Positions 35,867 through 44,539 of a stretch of 47,797 nucleotides of DNA are shown here, piece by piece. Both the position numbers and the translations under genes were made by a program. This stretch comes from Candidatus Peribacteraceae bacterium. Lineage in GTDB: Bacteria; Patescibacteriota; Gracilibacteria; Peribacterales; Peribacteraceae. The stretch's first letter is position 1. Each line of letters starts with the position of its first letter. Location: NCBI GenBank assembly GCA_022843885.1, contig JALHMU010000001.1, positions 1-47,797 of the forward strand. The letters are read 5' to 3'. The notes below the pieces were generated by a model that was not told where the DNA came from, made no database searches, and worked only from the letters and a program-made list of their open reading frames with translations.

Positions 35867-36949
35867 CTACTTTTTAGCAATCCCTCCGCTATCAAGGTAC
35901 AACATTGGGTTTTTCTTCACGCCATTCACGCGGACTTCAAAGTGCACGTGGATACCTGTAGCGCCGTACACGAGCCCTGTACGGCCCATATCCGCAATTT
36001 GCTCCCCACGCGCAACTTCATCGCCTACTTTTACATGCAACACTTTATTGTGCGCATATAAGGTCACAATCCCATTGCCATTATCGATTTCGACCACGTT
36101 TCCATAGCCACCGTTCCAGCCGTTATCTGCACGAATCACTTTTCCAGCGGCAGCAGCAAGCACTGGTCCTCCGAAGCCACCCTTGCCGTCACGTTCTTGC
36201 ATATCGAGTGCGAAGTGCGATGAGCCGAAGTACTGCGTGATGTAACAACCACACGGACTCTGAAGAATGCCTTTGCCAATCGTGCTTTCATAAATTTGTC
36301 GACGTGGTGGAATCGGTTTCACAGGTGCTGCTGATGAAGACTGCTTTCCTCCGGTAGCCGCAGGCGGAGCAGATGTATTTTGCTTTGGAGTCGTTGCGAT
36401 GACTGTCGGCTTTGTGACGATCGGCTTGCCACCCGGAATGATCAGCTGCTCACCCGCACGCAGGTACCCGTCTTTAATGTCGTTCTGTTGTGCGATGAGT
36501 TCCACAGGCACGTCGTACATTTCGGAAATGCGAATCAAGTTCTGGCCGCGTGCGACGATGTGCACCATGCCGTCGACCGGCAAGATCAGCAGTGATTGCC
36601 CCGGTTTGACACCCGCATTGTCATCCAGTTTGTTTGCCCAACGAATCGTTTCTACTTTGATCTTATAAAGCTTCGCAATCGACGTAATAGATTCACCACT
36701 TTCTACTGTGTGATAAATCCCTTCAGCATACGCGAGACGTGAACCTTGTTCCGTGAGTGATGATGTCTTCATCAGGAATCCATCTTCCACCAGCAGGAAC
36801 TGCATCTTTTCTTCTTCTGGTTCTTCCGCAGCGAGAGAGCTCGTCGGAACGTACGGCGGTAAGAATAGTGAGATCACGAAAATGCCTGCACATGCGAAAC
36901 GCACTCTGAGAGACAGCCAACGCAAAACCGGAGTCCGGTGTATTCGCAT
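35867..36949 (-). CDS. LysM-domain M23 family metallopeptidase
   Basis: N-terminal anchor, two LysM repeats (ESGESITSIAKLYKIKVETIRWANKL and ARGQNLIRISEMYDVPVELIAQQN), and the M23 core HFALDM...GGYGNVVEIDNGNGIVTLYAHN...GIHVHFEV. Confidence 0.85.
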   Translation of the reverse strand: MRIHRTPVLRWLSLRVRFACAGIFVISLFLPPYVPTSSLAAEEPEEEKMQFLLVEDGFLMKTSSLTEQGSRLAYAEGIYHTVESGESITSIAKLYKIKVETIRWANKLDDNAGVKPGQSLLILPVDGMVHIVARGQNLIRISEMYDVPVELIAQQNDIKDGYLRAGEQLIIPGGKPIVTKPTVIATTPKQNTSAPPAATGGKQSSSAAPVKPIPPRRQIYESTIGKGILQSPCGCYITQYFGSSHFALDMQERDGKGGFGGPVLAAAAGKVIRADNGWNGGYGNVVEIDNGNGIVTLYAHNKVLHVKVGDEVARGEQIADMGRTGLVYGATGIHVHFEVRVNGVKKNPMLYLDSGGIAKK

Positions 36950-36958
36950 GGGAGAAGA

Positions 36959-37819
36959 TTAGAGAACAGAAGGAATGAGAGCCCGCATCATTTGCGAGGC
37001 GTCATTGTAGCGGTTACTAGATCCCAGGAGTACTAAAAGATAGGCACGATTTCCTTCGCGGAACAGCGTGATTAAACACTGTCCTGCAGCGGCAGTTGTC
37101 CCTGTTTTCACACCTTCTACGTTGACGCGCGACTTTAAGAGTTCATTCGTCGTCACGAGCGGAAATTCCTGTCCATCGGCGCTGACAATCACCGTACTTG
37201 GAGTATCCACGATCTGTTTGATCAACGGTTTTTTGATGGCTGCTGCGGCAAGCCATGCGAGATCTCTTGGACTACCGTAATTATCCGGTGCGTCAAATCC
37301 GGCTGGATTCTGGAAGTGTGTATTCGTCAGACCAAGTTGTTGCGCACGCACGTTCATCTTTTCGACGAACGCATCGGCGGATCCGCTATCAAACACGGCG
37401 AGAGAGTACGCAACATTATTTGCTGAGTGAATCAACATCGCTTTGAGAAGATCGCGTACCGTGAACACTTGTCCAGGCGTGACGTTCAATGTGCTCCCGT
37501 CGATGTATCCCAAGTCTTGAATCGTGACGCGTTCATCTGGACTGTGATTTTCCAAAATGATGATCGCAGTCATGAGTTTTGTCAGGCTGCCGATCGGGCG
37601 TGGTGTGTCTGCATTTTCTCCGAAAATTTTCTCACCACTGGTGAGATCAAGCAGCATCACTCCCGATGCAGATGTGGCTGGAGACGTGAACCCAGAAACG
37701 GACGTTGGAACCGCCACAGAAAGGAGTTCCGTACTAGGCAGTGGCTTGGCTGCTTCCGGTGCGGCGATTGCCGCAGGGAAAAGCCCAAGAAGGAGAATAG
37801 AGGCGAGTGCGCGGATCAT
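36959..37819 (-). CDS. dacA: D-alanyl-D-alanine carboxypeptidase (S11, PBP5-like)
   Basis: SxxK (SLTK), SxN (SAN), KTG (KTGT). Signal peptide MIRALASILLLGLFPAAIAAP from ATG 37819. The tracked start at 37885 is TTG. Confidence 0.8.
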   Translation of the reverse strand: MIRALASILLLGLFPAAIAAPEAAKPLPSTELLSVAVPTSVSGFTSPATSASGVMLLDLTSGEKIFGENADTPRPIGSLTKLMTAIIILENHSPDERVTIQDLGYIDGSTLNVTPGQVFTVRDLLKAMLIHSANNVAYSLAVFDSGSADAFVEKMNVRAQQLGLTNTHFQNPAGFDAPDNYGSPRDLAWLAAAAIKKPLIKQIVDTPSTVIVSADGQEFPLVTTNELLKSRVNVEGVKTGTTAAAGQCLITLFREGNRAYLLVLLGSSNRYNDASQMMRALIPSVL

Positions 37820-37908
37820 TCGAAATGTGAGGCGAAAAGGTTCCCGCGAATCGGGGCGCAAATGATTGAAGCGATTGTAGCGCAAGTCAAGACAAGCTCA
37901 GTACTTTT

Positions 37909-38886
37909 TCACTGGAAAACCACCTTATCTGCAAGTCGCAGATCAACGTACTTTTTTACCTGATTCAAGCTTGTTGCGCGCAAAAATTCTCGTAGGCGCT
38001 GGAATTGTTCATCCATCGGTGTTGCTGCATCAAACCAGAAAGATTTTCCTTGGTTCTGCAAATGAAATTCATTCGCACGTACGTAGACGGTCATCGCGGT
38101 CACAGGCGTTGCGAAAAATTCTTCTAATTCATCACGCGTATCAAATAATGCTTTCATAAATTCCGGATCAAGTAAGAACGAACGATGGTCCGGACGAACC
38201 GCCCAGTCGAGTATTTTGATGACGGGCAATGGTTCGTTATCCAGCTTTGCCGGCGAAACGACGACATATCCTTTCGCGGAAAGATACGTATAGCCACTGG
38301 AAGTTGTTGGCAAAAGAAAGCCACTTCCTACTTGTACAGGAGCCTCCCCAGCAATGGTGAGCTCGGCAATGAGTGGGTCCAGTGTGAGGCTTACTTCTAA
38401 CGTCGAAGGGTATGTTTTATTGATCGAGACGCCCGTGATATCCGCAAAATTTGGCATCAACAAATTTTCTACCTGACCACGCGTGACGAGAAAGAGCCGA
38501 TGATGAAAAAGCGGTGAGAGTGCGCGTTGAATTTCTTCGGTATCCAAACGGGTGTCTTCGCGCTGTACGCGAATTTGTTTAATGTCGAACAGTGGTGAGA
38601 ACACCAAAATACCGATACCGACAACCATGATGACGGTCACGCCACCAATCGCCCATATTTTCAATTCAGATAGCACGACTTTTCCGACTTTCATGGAGCG
38701 TCGTCGCCAAAAACTGAAGATTTGGTGCCGCTTCCGCACATTCTGCTGTGTGCGTTTTTTTCGTACCAACGTGCGTGTATATCGGCTGACCGGACGGTTG
38801 TAGCTGCGCGGTAGCTTGCGGGGGGATCTGAGAGCCATCGGAGACAGCAGTGTAACAGATCGGCTCCTTCGGTATGCTCTCTTCAT
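37909..38886 (-). CDS. ftsQ: FtsQ/DivIB-like cell-division protein (POTRA)
   Basis: Basic N-terminal tail, a single TM (IWAIGGVTVIMVVGIGILVF), then FDIKQIRVQ, a POTRA-like start. Start ambiguous: ATG 38886 preferred over 38940. Confidence 0.55.
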   Translation of the reverse strand: MKRAYRRSRSVTLLSPMALRSPRKLPRSYNRPVSRYTRTLVRKKRTQQNVRKRHQIFSFWRRRSMKVGKVVLSELKIWAIGGVTVIMVVGIGILVFSPLFDIKQIRVQREDTRLDTEEIQRALSPLFHHRLFLVTRGQVENLLMPNFADITGVSINKTYPSTLEVSLTLDPLIAELTIAGEAPVQVGSGFLLPTTSSGYTYLSAKGYVVVSPAKLDNEPLPVIKILDWAVRPDHRSFLLDPEFMKALFDTRDELEEFFATPVTAMTVYVRANEFHLQNQGKSFWFDAATPMDEQFQRLREFLRATSLNQVKKYVDLRLADKVVFQ

Positions 38887-39990
38887 ATGAAGACGGCCCT
38901 GATCGCCGATTGGCTTCCTACGTTTGGTGGCGCAGAACATGTGCTGGCATCCATTCGCAAACTTTTTCCGGATGCGCCGATCTTCACGACGGTCGCAAAG
39001 AAAGAAAAACTCGGACCACTCGCGACTGCGGATATTCGCACATCGTCATTGCAGAAGTGGTATCGATTACTTGGTCGTCATCAGTATTTATTACCGTGGA
39101 TGCCACGCACGATCGAAAACATCAATCTCTCTTCATTCGATCTCATTCTCAGCTCCTCACATGCCGTCGGGAAGGGCATCATTCCGCCGAGTCATGCAGT
39201 ACACGTCTGTTACTGCCATACGCCGATGCGCTACGCATGGGAGATGGAAGGTGAGTATTTGAAAGATTTCAAACTGCGCGGTCCGCTGAAGTGGTTCGCA
39301 CAGTCACAACTCAAAAAATTGCGCCGATGGGATCTCTCAAACAGCAAACGCGTGGATGTCTTCATCGCGAATTCCAAAGAAACACAATCACGCATCAAAA
39401 AATTATATAACCGTGACAGCGTGGTTATTCAGCCACCAGTCGATGATCGTTTTTTTGTGCAGGATCTTTCTTCGGTACCCAAAGAAAATCATTTCCTTGC
39501 GATCGGCCGCTTCGTTCCGTACAAGCGATTCGATCTGCTGATAGAAACGGCGAATGCGTTGGGATTCCCCTTGAAGATTATTGGTCGCGGGGATGATGAA
39601 AAACGTCTGCGAAAGCTCGCAGGACCCACAGTGGAGTTCCTTGGGTTTATTCCTGACGAGGAATTGCCACGTCAGTATATGGCAGCTCGAGCCGTGCTCT
39701 TCCCGCAGTTTGAAGATGCCGGCGTTGTTCCGTTGGAGGCCCAAGCAAGTGGCACGCCCGTCATCGCATTTGCGAAAGGTGGCGCACTGGAAACAGTCAT
39801 CGATCAGAAAACCGGATTGTTCTTTGCAGCACAAACACAGGACGCACTCAAAGATGCACTCGTGCGATTCGATAAAAGTTCGTTTGATCCAGCAGTTATT
39901 CGCGAGCATGCGCAGCAATTTTCTGAAGCACGGTTTTTGGAACAGACGAAGAAAACGATTGATGACGCGCTTCATACATTCGGACGATGA
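38887..39990 (+). CDS. GT4-family glycosyltransferase
   Basis: MKTALIADWLPTFGGAEHVL at the N-terminus and an E-x7-E region (FPQFEDAGVVPLEAQASGTPVIA). Confidence 0.8.
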   Translation: MKTALIADWLPTFGGAEHVLASIRKLFPDAPIFTTVAKKEKLGPLATADIRTSSLQKWYRLLGRHQYLLPWMPRTIENINLSSFDLILSSSHAVGKGIIPPSHAVHVCYCHTPMRYAWEMEGEYLKDFKLRGPLKWFAQSQLKKLRRWDLSNSKRVDVFIANSKETQSRIKKLYNRDSVVIQPPVDDRFFVQDLSSVPKENHFLAIGRFVPYKRFDLLIETANALGFPLKIIGRGDDEKRLRKLAGPTVEFLGFIPDEELPRQYMAARAVLFPQFEDAGVVPLEAQASGTPVIAFAKGGALETVIDQKTGLFFAAQTQDALKDALVRFDKSSFDPAVIREHAQQFSEARFLEQTKKTIDDALHTFGR

Positions 39991-40634
39991 AGATCGGATT
40001 CGAACATCGTTTCTTTTTTCGCGATGACTCGGTTGCTGATGCGATCGACGCTGCAAAGCGCATGAAAGCCTCAAGCATTGCATTTCCGAATCAGGTTCAC
40101 GGAAACCGTACGATCATCATGCGTGAATCATCACATGGTGTGATCGATGCGGATGGCATCGTGGCCGATGTTCCTGGGCTCACACTTGCGATTCGCTTTG
40201 CGGATTGTCAGAACTTTTTGATTTACAGTAGACAGCAACATGTACTGGGATTGCTCCACGCTGGATGGCGCGGACTCGCCGCACACGCGATCGAAGAATT
40301 CTTTCGTGTTCTTACAAATGAATGGAACATCGATCCGAAAGATACGATCGTCATCGCAGGCCCATCACTGTGCAAGAACTGCGCTGAATTTTCTGATCCT
40401 CACAATGAACTGCCCGCGCATCTGCATCCATTCATTGATGGGCGATGTGTTGATCTGATTGCAGCGGCAGAGCATGTATTCGACACGCTTGGTATTCCGA
40501 AAGAACAGCGAGAACGACATCCAGACTGCACCAAATGTAATTTGGTATCGTACTGGAGTCATCGCGCGATGAGCAACGAAATGCCCAAAGAAAAAAATGT
40601 ACATCGCAATTTCCTTCTCGGATATTTGAGGTAA
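39987..40634 (+). CDS. pgeF: YfiH/PgeF (DUF152) peptidoglycan editing factor / laccase-domain protein
   Basis: NQVHGN, ADCQNFL, HAGWRG. ATGA overlap with the GT4 gene. Confidence 0.85.
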   Translation: MKIGFEHRFFFRDDSVADAIDAAKRMKASSIAFPNQVHGNRTIIMRESSHGVIDADGIVADVPGLTLAIRFADCQNFLIYSRQQHVLGLLHAGWRGLAAHAIEEFFRVLTNEWNIDPKDTIVIAGPSLCKNCAEFSDPHNELPAHLHPFIDGRCVDLIAAAEHVFDTLGIPKEQRERHPDCTKCNLVSYWSHRAMSNEMPKEKNVHRNFLLGYLR

Positions 40635-40728
40635 GATGAGTACCGTCTCGACGATTCGTAAGTGCGCTCATTGCTTTTTCTCTATTACGTCTTAAAGGGA
40701 GGCCTAATCTCACCCGCTCGCGGGCGGG

Positions 40729-40980
40729 CGATGCGGTCACCCACCTGAGAAATCAGGGGACTAGCAGAGATGCACGACGGTCGTCTTGATAATGCGTGGG
40801 TGAAACCTACGGTTTCCCCCACGGACCCTCTTCCCTTCAAAGGTGTCCTCACAAGATTGGGCCCCGCGAGACCCACTTGTTCGGACGTTCTTTTTACATG
40901 AGCGCGGGTAGCTACCCGCGCTGGACGATCAATATTCCCCGCAGCTGTGATTCGCAAATCGCAGTACGGTGACGCAGTCG
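40729..40980 (+). ncRNA. Candidate structured ncRNA, class unassigned
   Basis: A closing helix (40729-40741 with 40968-40980) encloses at least six further helices. There is a GAAA tetraloop (40749-40752) and a GCGA loop (40866-40869). Three G-U pairs exist only on the plus strand. The region lies in a 388-nt gap whose only ORF reads as noncoding. Confidence 0.45.
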
Positions 40981-41022
40981 CCGTTTTTCGGAGCATTTTC
41001 AATACCTAAATTTATATGCACG

Positions 41023-41322
41023 CTATCCCTTATATCTTTTTAGAAGCACCCACAACAAACAAAGAAAAGGCAGCAAGCCCAAACTTATGGAAATAAGCAA
41101 AACTTCTGATCGTGCAAACCAAAAAAGAGATCCTGCAGCCCCACATGCAATAAAAAGTAAAAAAAGCGTCGAATTTCTGTTCCAATGACGAGCGGCTAAC
41201 CAGAAAGACAAAAAATTTATGGCTATGATGCCCGCCAGCATTAGCACCTCAAGGCCCACAATAACTATTCCTGTCATCGGATCCATCGTTGTGAGTCTAG
41301 GGAGAAGAGATGATAAGATCAA
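41023..41322 (-). CDS. Small membrane protein (99 aa)
   Basis: Three hydrophobic segments and no motif. Confidence 0.45.
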   Translation of the reverse strand: MILSSLLPRLTTMDPMTGIVIVGLEVLMLAGIIAINFLSFWLAARHWNRNSTLFLLFIACGAAGSLFWFARSEVLLISISLGLLPFLCLLWVLLKRYKG

Positions 41323-41326
41323 TCGT

Positions 41327-42403
41327 ATGAATCTTCAGGAACGCATCGCACAGGCCAACAGTCAGCTCGCAACGTATGCGATTCCGCATCTTGAGAGTCG
41401 TGATGCGCCGGATACACCGGATGAAACACGATTCCCCTTTCAGCGTGATCGTGATCGCATCATTCATACGACAGCATTTCGCCGCTTAAAACATAAGACA
41501 CAAGTGTTCGTCGCGCCATACGGTGATCATTTCCGCACACGCCTCACGCACACACTTGAAGTGGCGCAGATCAGTCGTGACATCGCACGCACGCTTGGAC
41601 TCAATGAAGATCTCGCCGAATGTATCGCATTGGCTCATGATCTTGGACACACACCATTCGGCCACGCCGGTGAAGAAGCGATGAACGAATGCATGCAGCA
41701 GTTTGGAAAAACATTTGAACACAATGAACAAAGTTATCGCATCGTGACATTGCTCGAAGAGCGAAAGCCCGGTGTCTTCGGATTGAATTTGAACCGTGAA
41801 GTGTTGGACGGACTCTTGAAACATTCCACGCCACATGATCATCCGACCAATCCTGATATCCCGCAGCTTGGTCACGCACCGTCACTGGAAGCGCAAGTTG
41901 TGAACCTCGCCGATGAGATTGCCTACACCGCTCACGATACCGAAGATGGGCTTCGGGCAGGGCTCTTCCCGGAATCGAGCTTACGCGAATTAAGCATTGT
42001 GAAACGTCTGAACGGTGCGTCATCTATCCGCAGCAATTTGATTCATGTACTCGTGCACGATTTGTATCGCACCTTCGATGAGAACATGAAAAAGTTTGGC
42101 ATCGTGACGTGGCAGCAGGTCTATACGACGGAGATGCCACTCGTTCTTTTCTCATCCGAGATTGCAGCCGACCTCAAACAAATCAGAACATTCCTCTGGG
42201 AGAAGATGTACATGACGGAACAAGTCATGACACAAGCCGAAGCAGGAAAAGCGCTCATCAAAAAACTCTTCAATGCATACATCGCTGCTCCTCCGGAAGA
42301 AGTGACGAAGCTGATGACACGATCCATCACGAAAGAAGACGCCGTGAAAGATTACATCGCGGGTATGACGGATACATTCGCGATCGAAGTCTCAAAACAT
42401 TAA
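41327..42403 (+). CDS. dgt: dGTP triphosphohydrolase-like HD-domain protein
   Basis: FQRDRDRIIHTTAFRRLKHKTQVF, RLTHTLEVAQISR, LAHDLGHTPFGHAGE. Start trimmed to ATG 41327. Confidence 0.85.
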   Translation: MNLQERIAQANSQLATYAIPHLESRDAPDTPDETRFPFQRDRDRIIHTTAFRRLKHKTQVFVAPYGDHFRTRLTHTLEVAQISRDIARTLGLNEDLAECIALAHDLGHTPFGHAGEEAMNECMQQFGKTFEHNEQSYRIVTLLEERKPGVFGLNLNREVLDGLLKHSTPHDHPTNPDIPQLGHAPSLEAQVVNLADEIAYTAHDTEDGLRAGLFPESSLRELSIVKRLNGASSIRSNLIHVLVHDLYRTFDENMKKFGIVTWQQVYTTEMPLVLFSSEIAADLKQIRTFLWEKMYMTEQVMTQAEAGKALIKKLFNAYIAAPPEEVTKLMTRSITKEDAVKDYIAGMTDTFAIEVSKH

Positions 42404-43278
42404 TGCGTGTGTTGCTCACCGAACTTTGTGAGCCCTGGCCATGTTTCAAGATACTTGAGGGGATCCACGAGTTGGCCTTTGTAGCGTACGGCGAAGTGCA
42501 AGTGTGAGCCGGTCGTCATGAGACCTGCTCCCGGAGAGCCCGGACGTCCGCCGGAATAGGCCACAGGATCGCCGCGATCAACTTTGTCGCCCACTTTCGC
42601 GATGAAGCCACTTACGTGACCGTACACCGTCTCCAATCCGTTTCCGTGGTCGATGGTCACGTAGCTGTATCCAAGACCGTTATCTTTGACGACGCTGACC
42701 GTTCCCGCGGCAGGCGCCTTGATGACCGTGCCTTGTTCCACGGGAATGTCGACCGCATGGTGCGCGACACCGAAGCGTTTGATGTAGTCGGTATCTTCAA
42801 ATGTTGCAGAGATTCCAAGCGTTGGTTTTGCCGGCCACGACAATTTCATGCCGATATCTCCGGTTTGTCCGGTATACGCGATACCTTGTGATTCCCAGAT
42901 TTGCTCTAAGGATTTCTTGAGCAGTTCTTCCGACGCGCGTTTCTCTTTCAAGATCGCGAGCAATACTTTGCGGTTCTCAGACAGTGTTTCCTCGGCTTCT
43001 CCCCCGAATTGCTTCGCTTCTTCTTCAAGTTTCTGAATGTTGTATCGAAGAATTTCTTCACGACGTGACAGCACCGCTTGTTTGATCCGCTCACGATCCA
43101 TGTCTTGTTCGGCTTCGACATTTGCCTGTGTTTCGGTTTGACCACCGACAGCATCAACGGCATCCACGGTTGGTGTTTCCTTCTCCCATCCGGTCGCAAT
43201 GAAGACACCCATGATCAGGCCGATCACAAAGATCATGTACGCAGGGCGCGGAAACGGGATGCGGATTTCGATATGCAT
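42400..43278 (-). CDS. M23 peptidase with N-terminal coiled coil (EnvC-like)
   Basis: TM anchor, a coiled coil, then HHAVDI...GYSYVTIDHGNGLETVYGHV...GSHLHFAV. Confidence 0.8.
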   Translation of the reverse strand: MHIEIRIPFPRPAYMIFVIGLIMGVFIATGWEKETPTVDAVDAVGGQTETQANVEAEQDMDRERIKQAVLSRREEILRYNIQKLEEEAKQFGGEAEETLSENRKVLLAILKEKRASEELLKKSLEQIWESQGIAYTGQTGDIGMKLSWPAKPTLGISATFEDTDYIKRFGVAHHAVDIPVEQGTVIKAPAAGTVSVVKDNGLGYSYVTIDHGNGLETVYGHVSGFIAKVGDKVDRGDPVAYSGGRPGSPGAGLMTTGSHLHFAVRYKGQLVDPLKYLETWPGLTKFGEQHTH

Positions 43279-43400
43279 TTCTCCTCAGTATAGCGTTTTT
43301 TCGGCTTTTTTTCGAGCATTTGGCATGCAGAAGGGCTGGGATGGATATTGTAAAAAACTATAAATATGTTATAATAATATAAACACCCACCAACACACCT

Positions 43401-43763
43401 ATGCAAGCCCTCCGATTCTTCGCTCTCACCTTCATGATCGTCGGTTCAGCGTTGTTTCTTTCATCCGGTGCCCAGGGCATCCAAGCCAAGATGGAAGACG
43501 AAGTCGTCATGCTCGTAAACGTGTATGCACCAAAGGACGGAACAGATACGTATACAGTCGAAACTCTCCCGGTCCACGGTGCTGCGTATGTTCCTGCGGC
43601 TAGTCGCTCTATGGAAAAGATCTCTCTCGCTATTCTCTTTATCGTCATTGGATACGCATTACATGTCATCGGTGAGCGCACCCCACTCCTTGCGATTCAT
43701 TGGAAGAAATATCTTCAAGTTCGTGTGAAGCGCGTGAAGGCAAAGAAGCCTCGCCGCAGATAG
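43401..43763 (+). CDS. Hypothetical membrane protein (120 aa)
   Basis: N-terminal and central hydrophobic segments with a basic tail. Preceded by TTGTAA (43348-43353), a 16-nt spacer and TATAAT (43370-43375). Confidence 0.45.
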   Translation: MQALRFFALTFMIVGSALFLSSGAQGIQAKMEDEVVMLVNVYAPKDGTDTYTVETLPVHGAAYVPAASRSMEKISLAILFIVIGYALHVIGERTPLLAIHWKKYLQVRVKRVKAKKPRRR

Positions 43764-43930
43764 GAAAATAACATTGCACTGCAGGTTTGAGGGGGATAGA
43801 TTATCGCTCCTTATGGTTATTCTTTTGCCACGAATCGACGATCTCACGGGCAGTCCCGTTCTTGTAAATGTGCAGGACAAGATTGATATGGAGAGTACTT
43901 TACCGATGCCGGAAATTGTAGAAACGATTG

Positions 43931-44539
43931 ATGACACGAACGATGCAATCGATACTCTTTTCTCCGATGAACTCTAGGAATATTCATCTATCGGTTGCAT
44001 CGGAGATTGAGGCTCCTCACAAGCCGACAGTTCTTGATCATGAACGCGCACGCATCCTCAATCTCTTGTCAGAGGCAAAACTTTTGATGCCGACAGCAGA
44101 AGATATTGCTCGTTTTGGAAAAATTTATGACCGAAATGAACGCGACGGTAAGTATCGCCGTCGTAGCGTCAGAGAAATGAACGAGATGTATGACGGATAT
44201 CGCGTTCTCAAAAGCACAGAAGGAGAGCCGCTCGGAGGTATTTCCATGGCAAGGCAGGATGAAGATACGGAATTCGGAACGATCTGGGCGACAATCGAAA
44301 AGGCCGGCATTGCTGCCAAGCTCGTTGAGACGGCAGTTCCTCATGTGAATGGCCGAATCATTGGTCTGACGCGTGAGTCCCGTTCCGCATTCTTGAAATC
44401 AGGTTTTATCTCTCGTGGATACGTTTCTGAAAATAGTGAGATGCCTGACATGCCAGAATTTATTCGATCGTATGATCTTTCCAAGCGCAAACTTGATCCT
44501 GAAATCTTTGTGTTGGATCGAACTACTGAAACGCAATAA
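43931..44539 (+). CDS. Hypothetical protein, weakly GNAT-like
   Basis: EKAGIAAKLVE loosely resembles the GNAT acetyl-CoA motif. Start uncertain (ATG 43931, 43943 or 43967). Confidence 0.35.
   Translation: MTRTMQSILFSPMNSRNIHLSVASEIEAPHKPTVLDHERARILNLLSEAKLLMPTAEDIARFGKIYDRNERDGKYRRRSVREMNEMYDGYRVLKSTEGEPLGGISMARQDEDTEFGTIWATIEKAGIAAKLVETAVPHVNGRIIGLTRESRSAFLKSGFISRGYVSENSEMPDMPEFIRSYDLSKRKLDPEIFVLDRTTETQ

Noticed and set aside
38887-38940. Longer ftsQ-like start at ATG 38940
   Set aside because: It would create a 54-nt head-to-head coding overlap with the GT4 gene, so ATG 38886 is preferred. This remains unresolved and is listed as a finding.
40744-40800. TPP-riboswitch-like strings (CUGAGAAAU, CACCUGA, GAUAAUGC)
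   Set aside because: The short strings match my memory of the thiM aptamer. Here, however, CUGAGA is sequestered in its own GAAA-capped hairpin, the spacing is about twice as long, the P2 (GGGGUGC/ACCC) and P5 (CUGG/CCAG) pairings are missing, and no thiamine gene lies downstream.
40729-40980. Assignment of the structured region to RNase P RNA, tmRNA, SRP RNA or 6S RNA
   Set aside because: I found no long-range P4 pairing between a GNAANNUCNGNG-type CR-I and an ACANAA-type CR-V. The closest matches (GAGAAAUCAGGG, AAGAACGUCCGAA) sit inside local hairpins. There is no tRNA-like acceptor/TTCGA/CCA end or tag ORF, no GGAA/AGCA SRP helix-8 motif, and the fold is multi-branched rather than 6S-like. 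At about 250 nt it is also short for RNase P. Only a covariance-model scan can settle this.
40685-41002. 105-aa minus-strand ORF filling the pgeF-to-membrane-gene gap
   Set aside because: The translation is R/A/P/G/T-rich with no hydrophobic core or motif. It overlaps the densely paired region almost exactly, so the open frame is more likely a by-product of a GC-rich structured RNA.
41327-42403. dGTPase as a nucleotide-depletion anti-phage defence gene, possibly linked to the neighbouring ncRNA candidate
   Set aside because: The protein looks like an ordinary housekeeping Dgt-family HD hydrolase. It is separated from the RNA candidate by an opposite-strand gene, and no other defence-type genes are adjacent.
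43774-43977. 67-aa plus-strand ORF upstream of the GNAT-like gene
   Set aside because: It has a TTG start, no convincing ribosome-binding site and no motif, and it overlaps the next ORF. It could still be a real small acidic protein from an internal ATG (43813), but support is too weak to annotate.
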